64,000 nucleotides of DNA from Candidatus Saccharimonadota bacterium (GCA_028289135.1 JAQGGW010000001.1:76018-140017), one strand, 5' to 3'; positions 1 to 9,104 are shown, numbered from the stretch's first letter. Notes: generated by a model from the letters alone, not told the origin. Program-made: numbers and translations.

Positions 1-454
1 TGGCGACGGCCACAATAATGAAATAACAGACAAAATACGCCCCATAGCCACAAAGTGCATACAGAATATCTTTAAATGCCGGGCGGATCAGCCCAATCTT
101 GCTCTTGGCAATGTGAGCGCGCTTGAGCAGCCACAGCACTAGCCAGACGGCAAAGGTTTCGGCCAGTAGTATGTAGATAAACTGGGCAATAACGGAGTTG
201 GACAGCCAATCTGCGCCTTGGGATGACGTCCAGTTTTTGAGCGCGGGATAGATGGCGATAATTAACCCTGCCCCAACCTGGCTGGCGAAAAATACCAAGA
301 TTATAAAAAAGGCGCTGGTAAGCGGGTCGCGCTTATAAAATGGCCTCTTGCCGTTTTTGCCCAGCGGTTGTTCGGTAAAAACTGGCTTGGCGATCTTAAA
401 GGACTTAGGTTTAACTGCAGGCTTTGCATCATTGGTCGGCAATCTATCGCGCAT
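1..454 (-). CDS. membrane protein, N-terminal part only (gene runs off the left window edge)
   Basis: Not in the ORF track because it is truncated. My translation from ATG 454-452 gives MRDRLPTNDAKPAVKPKSFKIAKPVFTEQPLGKNGKRPFYKRDPLTSAFFIILVFFASQVGAGLIIAIYPALKNW...IAQFIYILLAETFAVWLVLWLLKR..., a basic tail followed by hydrophobic helices. The ATG abuts the rseP stop (455-457). Confidence 0.5.
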   Translation of the reverse strand, partial: MRDRLPTNDAKPAVKPKSFKIAKPVFTEQPLGKNGKRPFYKRDPLTSAFFIILVFFASQVGAGLIIAIYPALKNWTSSQGADWLSNSVIAQFIYILLAETFAVWLVLWLLKRAHIAKSKIGLIRPAFKDILYALCGYGAYFVCYFIIVAVA

Positions 455-1600
455 TTAGAAGAATCTCTTAATGTCTACAATTGTTATTACCGCAAACAAC
501 AGCATCAAAACGGCAAAGCCTGTGCCGTGGATGCGCTCTTCGGTTTTTTGCTTGAGCTCTTTGCGGCGGACGCGGTACAGCAGCATAACAAACAGCCGGC
601 CGCCGTCGAGCGCCGGAATCGGTAGGACGTTCATGACGGCGAGAGTTAAGGACAAAATGGCGATGATGAATAACACCAAACCAAAGCCTTGCTTAGAGAT
701 CTGGTAAAGAACCGTGAATATGCCGACCGGCCCAGAAACCTGGCTGCCAGCTTCTTCTTGGCCTGCCTGGCGTGCGGTTTTGTTGCCCGTAAAGAATCCG
801 GCGGTTAACGACCCTAGGCCCTTTATCGCGCTTCCAAGGCCTTTAAACGTGGCAATGGTAAAGTCTTTCATTACGCCAACTGCGACAACTGGTGCCGACC
901 ATGTGGAGCGGCGGATTTGCTGGCCAGATTCGGCCGAATAGGGCGAAACACCAAGGTGCGGTGAGGCTTTGCGTAGAGTAATCTGTTTGGTATATTCTGC
1001 CCCGCCGCGCTTCATTACCACCGTAACTTCTTGTTCTTCGAACTTATTAGTCGCTGTGCTTAGGGTCTCTGGCTTGTCTATTTTGATGCCGCCGATGCTG
1101 ACAATCTGGTCGTCGGCTTTTAACCCGGCTTTTTCTGCTGGAGAGTTTTTAACGACATAGTTAATTTTAACTACGCCCTTGTCCTTCACATCTTTGATAA
1201 TCTTGGTGTCGCTGTTAACTGTAAATTGATGGTCGAGCAGCTTTGGCATGCCGATCAATGCCACGATGGTAAACAGTACAAACGCGGCCAAGAGGTTCAT
1301 AAAAACGCCGGCCATCATAATCTTAGTCTTGGCCCAAGTGGTGGCAGCACCATAAGTACCTTTTTCGGTGTCCGAGTCGTGTTCGCCCTTTAGTCTTACA
1401 AAACCACCAAGCGGCAGCCAGTTTAAGGAGTAAATTGTGCCTTTGCGCGTAGCCAGGATCTTGGCGCGTGGCGGAAAGCCAAGGCCGAATTCTTCGACCT
1501 CTACCCCGTTGCGGCGCGCCAATACATAGTGCCCAAACTCATGGAAGATAACGAGGCCAATAAACATCAGCAGACCGAGGATAAAAAAGAAAATTGCCAT
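455..1600 (-). CDS. rseP: site-2 (RIP) zinc metalloprotease, M50/RseP family, with PDZ segment
   Basis: 381 aa. HEFGHY (HExxH) lies in the first TM region, with a central PDZ-like segment (GLKADDQIVSIGG) and C-terminal NVLPIPALDGG. Polytopic. Confidence 0.9.
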   Translation of the reverse strand: MAIFFFILGLLMFIGLVIFHEFGHYVLARRNGVEVEEFGLGFPPRAKILATRKGTIYSLNWLPLGGFVRLKGEHDSDTEKGTYGAATTWAKTKIMMAGVFMNLLAAFVLFTIVALIGMPKLLDHQFTVNSDTKIIKDVKDKGVVKINYVVKNSPAEKAGLKADDQIVSIGGIKIDKPETLSTATNKFEEQEVTVVMKRGGAEYTKQITLRKASPHLGVSPYSAESGQQIRRSTWSAPVVAVGVMKDFTIATFKGLGSAIKGLGSLTAGFFTGNKTARQAGQEEAGSQVSGPVGIFTVLYQISKQGFGLVLFIIAILSLTLAVMNVLPIPALDGGRLFVMLLYRVRRKELKQKTEERIHGTGFAVLMLLFAVITIVDIKRFF

Positions 1601-1607
1601 TCAAATA

Positions 1608-1671
1608 AGTATACAGTAGACAGCTGGTAGTAAACAGTTCGGAAAGTTCTAAAATCTGTCAGCTGTATACT
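1608..1671. repeat. interrupted inverted repeat in the frr-rseP spacer
   Basis: AGTATACAG-TA-GACAG (1608-1623) is complementary to CTGTC-AG-CTGTATACT (1656-1671). This gives 9+5 bp with a ~32-nt loop and no U tract, so it is not a canonical terminator. Confidence 0.4.
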
Positions 1672-1689
1672 GTCAGCCTTTAACTGCTC

Positions 1690-2253
1690 TTAAACTTTCA
1701 TAACTTCGGCTTCTTTGGCAGCCGAGAGCGCATCAATCTGCGCTTTGTTTTTGTTCATCATGTCATCGATCTGGTTGCTGAGGCGCTTGGCTTCGTCTTC
1801 GGACACGGCTTTGTCCTTTTTAGCGGCGTCAATGCCGTCCATGGCATCGTGGCGGACTCCACGCATGGTAATAAGTGCTTCTTCTACCTTGCCGCCGAGC
1901 TGTTTGACGATTTCTTTGCGGCGGTCTTCGGTTAATGCCGGGATTGGCACGCGGACAACACGGCCGTCATCGCTTGGGTTTAGGCCGAGTGATGGGTTGT
2001 CGCGGATGGCGGCGGCAATGGCTTGGATGTTGCTGGGGTCAAAAGGAGTAATCTGGAGCAGCTGAGCTTCAGGAGCCGTTACGTTGCCAACCTGGATAAT
2101 TGGCATTGGGGTGCCGTAAGCCGTAACAATAACGCCGTCCAGCATGCCTGGGTGCGCGCGGCCGGTGCGGATTTTTTTAAGCTCTTCTTCGAAATGCTCA
2201 ACGGCACGCTTAAACTTGCTCTCTGATTCTGAAATAATTTGGCTTGGCTGCAT
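1690..2253 (-). CDS. frr: ribosome recycling factor
   Basis: 187 aa with typical RRF sequence (RTGRAHPGMLD, VRVPIPALTEDRRKE). Sits in the conserved rpsB-tsf-frr neighbourhood. Confidence 0.95.
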   Translation of the reverse strand: MQPSQIISESESKFKRAVEHFEEELKKIRTGRAHPGMLDGVIVTAYGTPMPIIQVGNVTAPEAQLLQITPFDPSNIQAIAAAIRDNPSLGLNPSDDGRVVRVPIPALTEDRRKEIVKQLGGKVEEALITMRGVRHDAMDGIDAAKKDKAVSEDEAKRLSNQIDDMMNKNKAQIDALSAAKEAEVMKV

Positions 2254-2300
2254 ACGTAACTCCGTTTACTATTTTTAGTATAACTTATTTATTCTTAACA

Positions 2301-3464
2301 TTATCTATTAAGATCGGCCAAACGTTGGTGAGCCGCCAACATAATAAAATTAGCAATATCAGGTTCGATTAAAGATAGGCGCTTTAGTAAGAGGTCTTGT
2401 TTTTCGTCAACAACAGTGTGATTTTCACTTATAGGGTTTCCATAAAATCGCCAGTTTGGCTTTAAATAAGACTCAACTATGGTCGCCACATCCTCGTATA
2501 CAGTCATGCCTCCGTAACTTTCGACTGTCTGTATCCCTTCGCTAAAGAACTTTTCCTGCTCTGGTGTTCTATGCCAAGATGGCATGTAGCCGACTGGCGG
2601 GCCAATTAACGCATTAATATTACGCCAATCAAGATCGTTTAAAGGATTGCACTCTTTATCAAGAACCGCATGACCTACGTATTCGTGCCATAAGGCCGTT
2701 AATATAAAGTCAGTCTTATCATTCACTGCATCGAAAGATAACGTAACTGTGTTGAAGCTATTTTCATACAGACCCCCATAATACCCGTAATTTTTCTTAG
2801 CATCAGGGTTATTGTGTGCAGCTTCGGTTTCTATCTCTTGTTTACTTTTTGGGAGCGCAACATATGGCGAAATAATAATAGGTGCTTCAGAATAATCATA
2901 CATGCTTTTGGGAATGGTATGCAGTGCCACCACTAGAAGTAATAATCCTTCTTTGGTCATTTGCTTATAATTTCCATCTTTGTCATAACCGTCAAACAAA
3001 ATAGATAATGGTAATCCCCTATCAAGCATATAGTCTGATACCTCCCTTGAGGCCTGGTCTACAGTTTTTGCATCCTCGATATCTACAAGAAGTTTTCCTT
3101 CATCGGCAAAGCTACCTATTCTTTTTGCTTCTAATGAGTAAGCCAATTCTTGGACCGTACTGTAATTAGTTAGGTCAAGGCTAAGATCATCTGGATTATA
3201 AGTGCCTTCATTACATTCAACATATTTAACTGCAACCGGTGTAACAACTGGAAGATTTACAGTGTCCGCATCACCTCCCAAAAACAAGCCAGCCACAATG
3301 CCATACCTAGCAAGCATTTTAAGTGGCGCTTCGACATGCTTACGAGCAAAATTAAACCCGTCGGACGCTAGTTCGCCAAGGGTGCGTATATCGCGCGCGA
3401 TATGTTGCCGCGGAAACTGCGTATCGATATTTAGGCTAAGCTGTTCTGGCATTTGTGGAGCCAC
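2301..3464 (-). CDS. hypothetical protein with HExxH motif (possible zincin-like metallopeptidase)
   Basis: 387-aa uninterrupted ORF. It contains LWHEYVGHAV (HExxH), has no signal peptide or TM, and looks AT-richer than its neighbours by eye. It occupies the slot where pyrH normally lies between tsf and frr. Confidence 0.6.
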   Translation of the reverse strand: MAPQMPEQLSLNIDTQFPRQHIARDIRTLGELASDGFNFARKHVEAPLKMLARYGIVAGLFLGGDADTVNLPVVTPVAVKYVECNEGTYNPDDLSLDLTNYSTVQELAYSLEAKRIGSFADEGKLLVDIEDAKTVDQASREVSDYMLDRGLPLSILFDGYDKDGNYKQMTKEGLLLLVVALHTIPKSMYDYSEAPIIISPYVALPKSKQEIETEAAHNNPDAKKNYGYYGGLYENSFNTVTLSFDAVNDKTDFILTALWHEYVGHAVLDKECNPLNDLDWRNINALIGPPVGYMPSWHRTPEQEKFFSEGIQTVESYGGMTVYEDVATIVESYLKPNWRFYGNPISENHTVVDEKQDLLLKRLSLIEPDIANFIMLAAHQRLADLNR

Positions 3465-3505
3465 AGTTAATATCTTCCTCCACCGTTAACTAATAATGAA
3501 TGACT

Positions 3506-3631
3506 CTAGTTTTGGTTATAGGGATGCAGAATGGTGGCGCCGGTGAAGAACGGACTAAGCCGTATCAAAAAATACGGTGAAGGAGTACTGGAGCCGGCAA
3601 CGCCATTATGCGCCCTAGAAACAAAAACTAG
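3506..3631. repeat. long imperfect hairpin element, copy A (homologous core with copy B at 62800-62926)
   Basis: The outer arms are CTAGTTTTGGTTATAGGG and CCCTAGAAACAAAAACTAG. The core (3522-3614) contains GCCGG/CCGGC and AATGG/CCATT helices and the apical hairpin CCGTAT-CAAAAA-ATACGG. Roughly 75% identical by eye to the copy-B core. The right arm overlaps the tsf stop codon. Confidence 0.6.
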
Positions 3632-4224
3632 GCGACTTCGCCGAGGGCGATGCGTGAAAACTTACGCACCAAGACGTTTTCACCCAAACGCGCACCGTGC
3701 TCTTTAACAAGCTGGCCAACGGTAATTTCCGGGTTCTTAACAAATGGCTGTTCAAGCAAGCACTTTTCTGCAAAGTGCTTTTTTAGCATTCCGGCAACAA
3801 TGTTTTCGATCATGTTGTCTGGTTTGCCATCAGCTTTAGCTTTTTCGGTAAATTCTTTTTTGGCGGCTTCTTGGACTTCTGATGGAATAGCATCCATGGA
3901 CACAAATTCTGGGTTGCTGGCAGCGATGTGCATGGCAACGTCTTTAACTAACCCTGTAAAGATTTCGTTGCGGGCGACAAAGTCGGTTTCGCAGTTGATC
4001 TCGACCAAAACGCCAATGCGGCCGTCGTGGTTGTAGGTTCCGACCAAGCCGGCACGGGCTTCGCGTTCACCGCGCTTGTCGGCTTTGGTCATGCCTTTTT
4101 TGCGCATTGCGGCCAAGGCTTTGTCAAAGTCACCATCAACTTCGTCCAATGCGTGCTTGGCATCTGTTAGGCCAACGCCCGTAAGGTCTTTTAGTCTTTT
4201 AATGTCTTCAATTGATACTGCCAT
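3628..4224 (-). CDS. tsf: translation elongation factor Ts (short form)
   Basis: 198 aa with N-terminal UBA-like IKRLKDLTGVGLTDAKHAL and the TDFVARN motif. A GAAAGG SD lies upstream of ATG 4224. Confidence 0.93.
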   Translation of the reverse strand: MAVSIEDIKRLKDLTGVGLTDAKHALDEVDGDFDKALAAMRKKGMTKADKRGEREARAGLVGTYNHDGRIGVLVEINCETDFVARNEIFTGLVKDVAMHIAASNPEFVSMDAIPSEVQEAAKKEFTEKAKADGKPDNMIENIVAGMLKKHFAEKCLLEQPFVKNPEITVGQLVKEHGARLGENVLVRKFSRIALGEVA

Positions 4225-4241
4225 TTTTGTAACCTTTCTAT

Positions 4242-4472
4242 TTATCGCCCAATTAATTTATCTACTATTTGACCTAGTTCACCTACTGTTGCATTTACTC
4301 CTTCTGTATCTGTCGGCATTGCCTCACCTCTAAACTTTGCAGTAACAAATGCCACTACAGAGCCTAACTGTGTTAATACTTCAGGATTTGCTGAGGGAAA
4401 ATCTTTCGCCATATCAGTGCGCGATAAGATTGCATCGTGAGTCATTCGCTCGTGACCAGAAACATCAAACAT
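4242..4472 (-). CDS. small hypothetical protein inserted between rpsB and tsf
   Basis: 76 aa. Its ATG (4472-4470) overlaps the rpsB stop TAA (4474-4472) by 1 nt, which suggests translational coupling. No recognisable motif, and AT-richer by eye. Confidence 0.5.
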   Translation of the reverse strand: MFDVSGHERMTHDAILSRTDMAKDFPSANPEVLTQLGSVVAFVTAKFRGEAMPTDTEGVNATVGELGQIVDKLIGR

Positions 4473-5215
4473 TATTTAGCCTCGGCTACTGCTTCTTTTT
4501 CTTCGGTCTTATCAACAGGCTTTTTAGCCTTGTTACGGCCTTCTTCGATAGCGTCTTTGACGTAGCTGGCAATAAGAGTCAGGGTCTTGATTGCATCGTC
4601 GTTGCAAGGAACTGGATAGGTGATCTCTGATGGGTCAGCATTGGTGTCACACAGCGCGACTATTGGCACGCCGAGCTTGGTTGCTTCCAAAACAGCGTTC
4701 TTGTCCTCAGATGGGTCAAAAATAAATACGGCGCCGAGCTTGGCGTTCATGTCCTTGATACCGCCGTACTGAATGTTCATGAAGTCGATTTCTTCTTGGT
4801 AGCGCTGGATTTCAAGCTTGTTGTACTTGTTGGCGAGCTCACCGTTTTCCATCTTGGTTTCAAGGTCTTTGAGGTGCTTGATACGGACGTTAATGGTGTT
4901 GCTGTTTGTCAGCATGCCGCCCAACCAACGCTCAACGACGTATGGCATGTTAGTTTCTTCGGCCAAAGTCTTGGCGATGTCATGAACCTGGCGCTTGGTG
5001 CCAACGATCAACACTTGCTTGCCAGCTGCGGTGGTTTGAGAGATAAAAGCCAAAGCTTCTTCAAGCTTTTCGACAGTTTTGGTCAAGTCAATAATGTGGC
5101 TGCCATTACGCTTGCTGTGGATGTATGGCGCCATTTTAGGGTGCCAACGTGATGTTTTGTGGCCAAAATGCGCTCCGGCATTCAATAGCTCTTTGATGTC
5201 TACATTTGTAGCCAT
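4472..5215 (-). CDS. rpsB: 30S ribosomal protein S2
   Basis: The S2 sequence starts at MATNVDIKELLNAGAHFGH. ATG 5215 is preceded by AAGGAG; the track's longer start at 5260 lacks an SD. There is a Lys/Glu-rich C-terminal tail. Confidence 0.93.
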   Translation of the reverse strand: MATNVDIKELLNAGAHFGHKTSRWHPKMAPYIHSKRNGSHIIDLTKTVEKLEEALAFISQTTAAGKQVLIVGTKRQVHDIAKTLAEETNMPYVVERWLGGMLTNSNTINVRIKHLKDLETKMENGELANKYNKLEIQRYQEEIDFMNIQYGGIKDMNAKLGAVFIFDPSEDKNAVLEATKLGVPIVALCDTNADPSEITYPVPCNDDAIKTLTLIASYVKDAIEEGRNKAKKPVDKTEEKEAVAEAK

Positions 5216-5319
5216 ATTGGGTGAACTCCTTGTTCTTCGGTACGGTGCTAACCCGGTCATTCCTACACGGATATGATCAGGAGGATTCTGCTCCGCCCTG
5301 TTTAATTAATTACCTATTT

Positions 5320-5348
5320 ATTTTAACAGATTAAGAGATATTGTTCAA
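5320..5348 (-). promoter_or_regulatory. candidate sigma70-type promoter for rpsB
   Basis: In minus-strand sense: TTGAAC (5348-5343), 17-nt spacer, TAAAAT (5325-5320). It lies ~100 nt upstream of the rpsB ATG. Confidence 0.4.
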
Positions 5349-5406
5349 TAAAGATTAAAAATATATCTCAGACACTTGCTGATAGCTACTTTAATTTTGT
5401 AAGTAA

Positions 5407-8400
5407 TTAACGGATCACTATTAACGAATGTAAGCTTTCAGGCATTGTTTCTTTCACTTTACTCGCTTCTTCCTGAGAAAAAACCACAATTTCTTGAACC
5501 ATTGATAAATCTACACCTCCTGAAATTTGAGCCTCAATATAATCACTTGTTGCTTCACCACCACGACCTTTGTTGTCCTTCGCATGACGTAATATCATTG
5601 CATCTTCAGATGTCAGTAGAGTGGCCCCATGAAAGCTATCTTCTGGTGTAAATGTTATCCTATCTTGAGGCAACTTACTTGGATCTAAGATTATTACCGC
5701 TTCTCCATATCCTCTTGCTCCACGTTTAGTACTTTCATTACCTAAGAATATACCTGTTCCATAAACTGGGTGGTCGCTGGCATGATCCAATGAGCGAAGT
5801 CCCATTGCTATTTCAACACCACTTCTATGAAGCAAGTAGTTTTTATTGCCAACATGCAGCTTCTTGCTTCCACCTTCAAATACACCTGCATCAAATAGAC
5901 TTTTTATATCCCCACCTTGAGTCGCGATTTTAGCTAAAACATCATATCCAGCGTTAATAATGACCCTGAAATTATTCTGAATATCATGAGTCTCAGTTAC
6001 GGCTTGATCAATTTCTTCAGATGTCATGCCAAGTCTTAAAGTCATGTAATCATTCAGAACCTTCCTACTAACAGTTTCTCTGTTTTCAGGGCTGTTAACC
6101 CATTTGAAAATGGCTTCCGGACTATCTGCAGTTCCCTCTGCGACTGCATTCTGCCTTGCCGAGAGTATGGTAGGCAAAGCTGAATATGGCATATTGCTAC
6201 CTTCGAACCAATCGAGCAAAACGGTTGCATCTTCAGTTTTTAGAGGCTTGATATTATATCTGATCACATTTGCAACTGAATCTGTTGATTCATAAGGAAA
6301 GCCGTCTTTATCCGTCATTTTAGATGCACGCTGAAGTGCTTTGAATAGGATCTGCTCATTTGCTTCGCGTTCTTCGCTATAACCATCTGGAAATGCTTCT
6401 CTGAATTCGACTAGCTCATCCGCTAAGCTGCTAAAATCAAACCAACCTCTATTTTCAAACGTTTTCCATGTGTCAAAAAGTTTCTCGGTTTCTTTTAGGC
6501 CGCCTAATTTTACTAACTTAGACAGCATTAGGTTTTCCATACTATCAGCCGAAAATATACTATTGGGTACGCGTTCAGGCAGTCCATGTTCCTCGCTACG
6601 AATACTCGCATACACATCCGATGTAACGATATTTATCAGATTGGTAGCTTCAACCTCATTGAGCCAAGATGCTAGTTCTACTATTTGTTCGAGGCTCAGA
6701 TTACCACTGGTGGCTGTTGGTTTTAGAATCTCAAGTTTACTTAAATATTCACGTACACCATCGAGCCCTTTCATTTCGTTCGATTTACTCATACTGTGGT
6801 AAGCCTTCGAAATAGGTCCTTCGAGATTTATATTAAATAATAAAGCGCTACCTTTATCTTCAAAAAATACTTTTTCTTTTAATTCTGGGAAAGACCGTAA
6901 ATAATTTGCCGTTTCAATATAGCTCTGGAGAGATGGAACGGTAGAAAAAAATCCGCTTATCTTCACCATATCGCACACCCATGTCGCAAGCTCAGGGTCT
7001 GCATCATTGAGCTCTTGCATACTTTCGCCAAGCTGTTTGATACTCAGTACTCTGTTTTCAGTTTCTTCAAACCTGCCTGAACCGTGAATAAGGTCATCTA
7101 TCAACCTACTTGCTATTTTCCCGTCAAGTTGCGCCAAGCTGTTCAAACTGTCGCCAATCTTTTCAGCCATCTCAAGTGCTGCAAGCTCTGGGCTAAACTC
7201 CTCTCCAGGTTCCCGGTTATAATTAGAAATTACACTTGGATTTAACCTATCAAGTAATAAGTCAGTAATCTGTTCTATAGGGAATCCAGCTGCTTTTGTT
7301 TTTTCCAACAATGGTTTTATCAGATGTATATATTCACTATATTTTTTTGGTTTTTCACCAATTTCACTAATAGCAATGTCGCGAAGATTTTTGCCATCGT
7401 ATTCATATACTCCTTCGCGCTGATAAAATAGGTCAGTTTGAGCTAAAATCTTAACCAGTTCAAACGCTTCACTATCTTCTTGTTTTTGAACATCTGATAT
7501 TAATTGTAATCTTTCACTATTACCTATAAATGTCAGTACATTGACCTTTGTTACCCCTGCTTCTTCTAAGCTTTGAGCTACGGCCTTGAAATCATCCAAT
7601 AAAAGTTCGCGACCATAACCACCGCAGTTGATTATCTCTCTAACGTTCTGGGCTACTTTATTTTGTAAGTCTTTATCCGATTCATCAGGTATAAATGAAT
7701 CAATTATTTCAATATCTTCAAATAACTTTTTTCTATTTTCAGGCTCATTAAGAATGATAAGCCTAGATATGGGCTTAACACTTTCCAACCGCTCACTCAC
7801 TCTGCTTACCTCTTCTGCAGCAGGCTCAACTTCTAAACGTTCCACCGTTTCACTGTAATTTCTTTCGCCGTTGAAAATTCTATCGTAATCATCTAAATGC
7901 CTATAGTTCACACCGGCTGTAGTTAAACGCGGATATTTTTGCATAAGTTTAGCAACCTTAGAATAACCACCTGGTACGTCTTCGCTTAATGAAGCTTCCA
8001 GTTTTCCATATTGATCACGTAGTAATTCACGCTTCTCTATTAGTTCTGGCGGCTCTTCTATCTCGTCCCCCGGTAAGCTCATGGAGCTATATTTTAGCTC
8101 CCTCAAAGCAGCGCTATAGCCTTCTCTTAAGGCCGCTCGTTCCCATACATTTAATTCACCTTTTTCTAGCAACATTTCTATCTGTTTTGAAATCGCAGGA
8201 AGCTGCTTTTCGAGTATTGATCCAAGTTTTGTTTTTGACTCAAAATCCTGACCATTTTCAGCCACATACGACACGAGTCGATCTATAAATGGCTTCAGTT
8301 GGTCGTCATGATTAAGAGCTTCCGATATTGAATCGAGACTTGACTGCATAGTCATTTCCTCAGGTTTTGATATCGTAGGTAATTCTTCTATATTTTGTCC

Positions 8401-8619
8401 TTGCTCTGGAGAAGGATGTTGATCAATTGCTATGGCCTCAACTTCGGGTACAACGGTATCCGTCGCAATGTCACCCATATGAAGCACCCTTTCTATGTGT
8501 TCGTGTAAACCTGGATGATACATTTCAGGATGCTCAGTAAAATGCGTAGCTAGGTCGACTGTTGATACAGCCCCTACTTCGTGTGGATATTGGTAGCCTT
8601 GATCTATCAGTTCCGGCAT
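5407..8619 (-). CDS. large orphan cytoplasmic protein (1070 aa), function unknown
   Basis: Single uninterrupted ORF that is acidic and helix-rich, with no TM or signal peptide. It looks AT-richer than the flanking ribosomal genes by eye. I cannot place any catalytic motif with confidence. Confidence 0.6.
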   Translation of the reverse strand: MPELIDQGYQYPHEVGAVSTVDLATHFTEHPEMYHPGLHEHIERVLHMGDIATDTVVPEVEAIAIDQHPSPEQGQNIEELPTISKPEEMTMQSSLDSISEALNHDDQLKPFIDRLVSYVAENGQDFESKTKLGSILEKQLPAISKQIEMLLEKGELNVWERAALREGYSAALRELKYSSMSLPGDEIEEPPELIEKRELLRDQYGKLEASLSEDVPGGYSKVAKLMQKYPRLTTAGVNYRHLDDYDRIFNGERNYSETVERLEVEPAAEEVSRVSERLESVKPISRLIILNEPENRKKLFEDIEIIDSFIPDESDKDLQNKVAQNVREIINCGGYGRELLLDDFKAVAQSLEEAGVTKVNVLTFIGNSERLQLISDVQKQEDSEAFELVKILAQTDLFYQREGVYEYDGKNLRDIAISEIGEKPKKYSEYIHLIKPLLEKTKAAGFPIEQITDLLLDRLNPSVISNYNREPGEEFSPELAALEMAEKIGDSLNSLAQLDGKIASRLIDDLIHGSGRFEETENRVLSIKQLGESMQELNDADPELATWVCDMVKISGFFSTVPSLQSYIETANYLRSFPELKEKVFFEDKGSALLFNINLEGPISKAYHSMSKSNEMKGLDGVREYLSKLEILKPTATSGNLSLEQIVELASWLNEVEATNLINIVTSDVYASIRSEEHGLPERVPNSIFSADSMENLMLSKLVKLGGLKETEKLFDTWKTFENRGWFDFSSLADELVEFREAFPDGYSEEREANEQILFKALQRASKMTDKDGFPYESTDSVANVIRYNIKPLKTEDATVLLDWFEGSNMPYSALPTILSARQNAVAEGTADSPEAIFKWVNSPENRETVSRKVLNDYMTLRLGMTSEEIDQAVTETHDIQNNFRVIINAGYDVLAKIATQGGDIKSLFDAGVFEGGSKKLHVGNKNYLLHRSGVEIAMGLRSLDHASDHPVYGTGIFLGNESTKRGARGYGEAVIILDPSKLPQDRITFTPEDSFHGATLLTSEDAMILRHAKDNKGRGGEATSDYIEAQISGGVDLSMVQEIVVFSQEEASKVKETMPESLHSLIVIR

Positions 8620-8689
8620 GGGGTGTTTGTTTTAGTTTCTTTCTAAAAACAGTATATCGCTCGCATAAGCGTTGTTCAAGCATAACAGA

Positions 8690-8718
8690 TTGACATATCT
8701 GTTGAAATGATATATATT
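8690..8718 (+). promoter_or_regulatory. candidate strong promoter for rpmE (would give a leaderless or near-leaderless mRNA)
   Basis: TTGACA (8690-8695), 17-nt spacer, TATATT (8713-8718). The ATG at 8728 is 10 nt after the -10 box and has no SD. Confidence 0.45.
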
Positions 8719-8727
8719 CTTATGAAT

Positions 8728-9057
8728 ATGAAGAAAGATTTGCACCACAAAGATTACCGCGTTGTTGTTTTTGAAGACCTCAACGATGGCACCCGCATTT
8801 TGACCCGCTCAACTGTAGCGAGCGAAGAAACAACCAAATGGGATGACGGCAACGAATACCCTTTGATTAAAGTGCACATTAGCAGCAGCTCTCACCCATT
8901 CTTTACGGGCCAGGAAAAGCTTGTTGATATCGAAGGCCGCGTTGACAAGTTCCGCGCCCGCACAGAGGCTGCAAGGGCCGCACGCGAAGCAAAAGCTGCC
9001 AAAAAGCCGCGCAAATCCGAAGAAAAAGCCGAAACTGCGCAAAAACTCGGTGCCTAG
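8728..9057 (+). CDS. rpmE: 50S ribosomal protein L31, type B (Cys-less) with Lys/Ala-rich C-terminal extension
   Basis: [17 protein letters not shown]...[32 protein letters not shown] matches the L31 type-B pattern and lacks the CxxC zinc motif. The start is taken at MKKD (8728) rather than the track start 8707. Confidence 0.85.
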   Translation: MKKDLHHKDYRVVVFEDLNDGTRILTRSTVASEETTKWDDGNEYPLIKVHISSSSHPFFTGQEKLVDIEGRVDKFRARTEAARAAREAKAAKKPRKSEEKAETAQKLGA

Positions 9058-9072
9058 CTACGTCTAATAAAT

Positions 9073-9104
9073 AAGCCGCTGTCCTTTTGGATGGCGGTTT
9101 TTTG
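9073..9104 (+). terminator. rho-independent terminator after rpmE
   Basis: CCGCUGUCC-UUUU-GGAUGGCGG forms 9 pairs including G.U, extendable by A-U pairs, and is followed by UUUUUU (9098-9103). Confidence 0.7.

Noticed and set aside
368-1160. Several 63-85-aa plus-strand ORFs opposite rseP.
   Set aside because: They lie antisense to a high-confidence conserved gene. They are short and have no signals.
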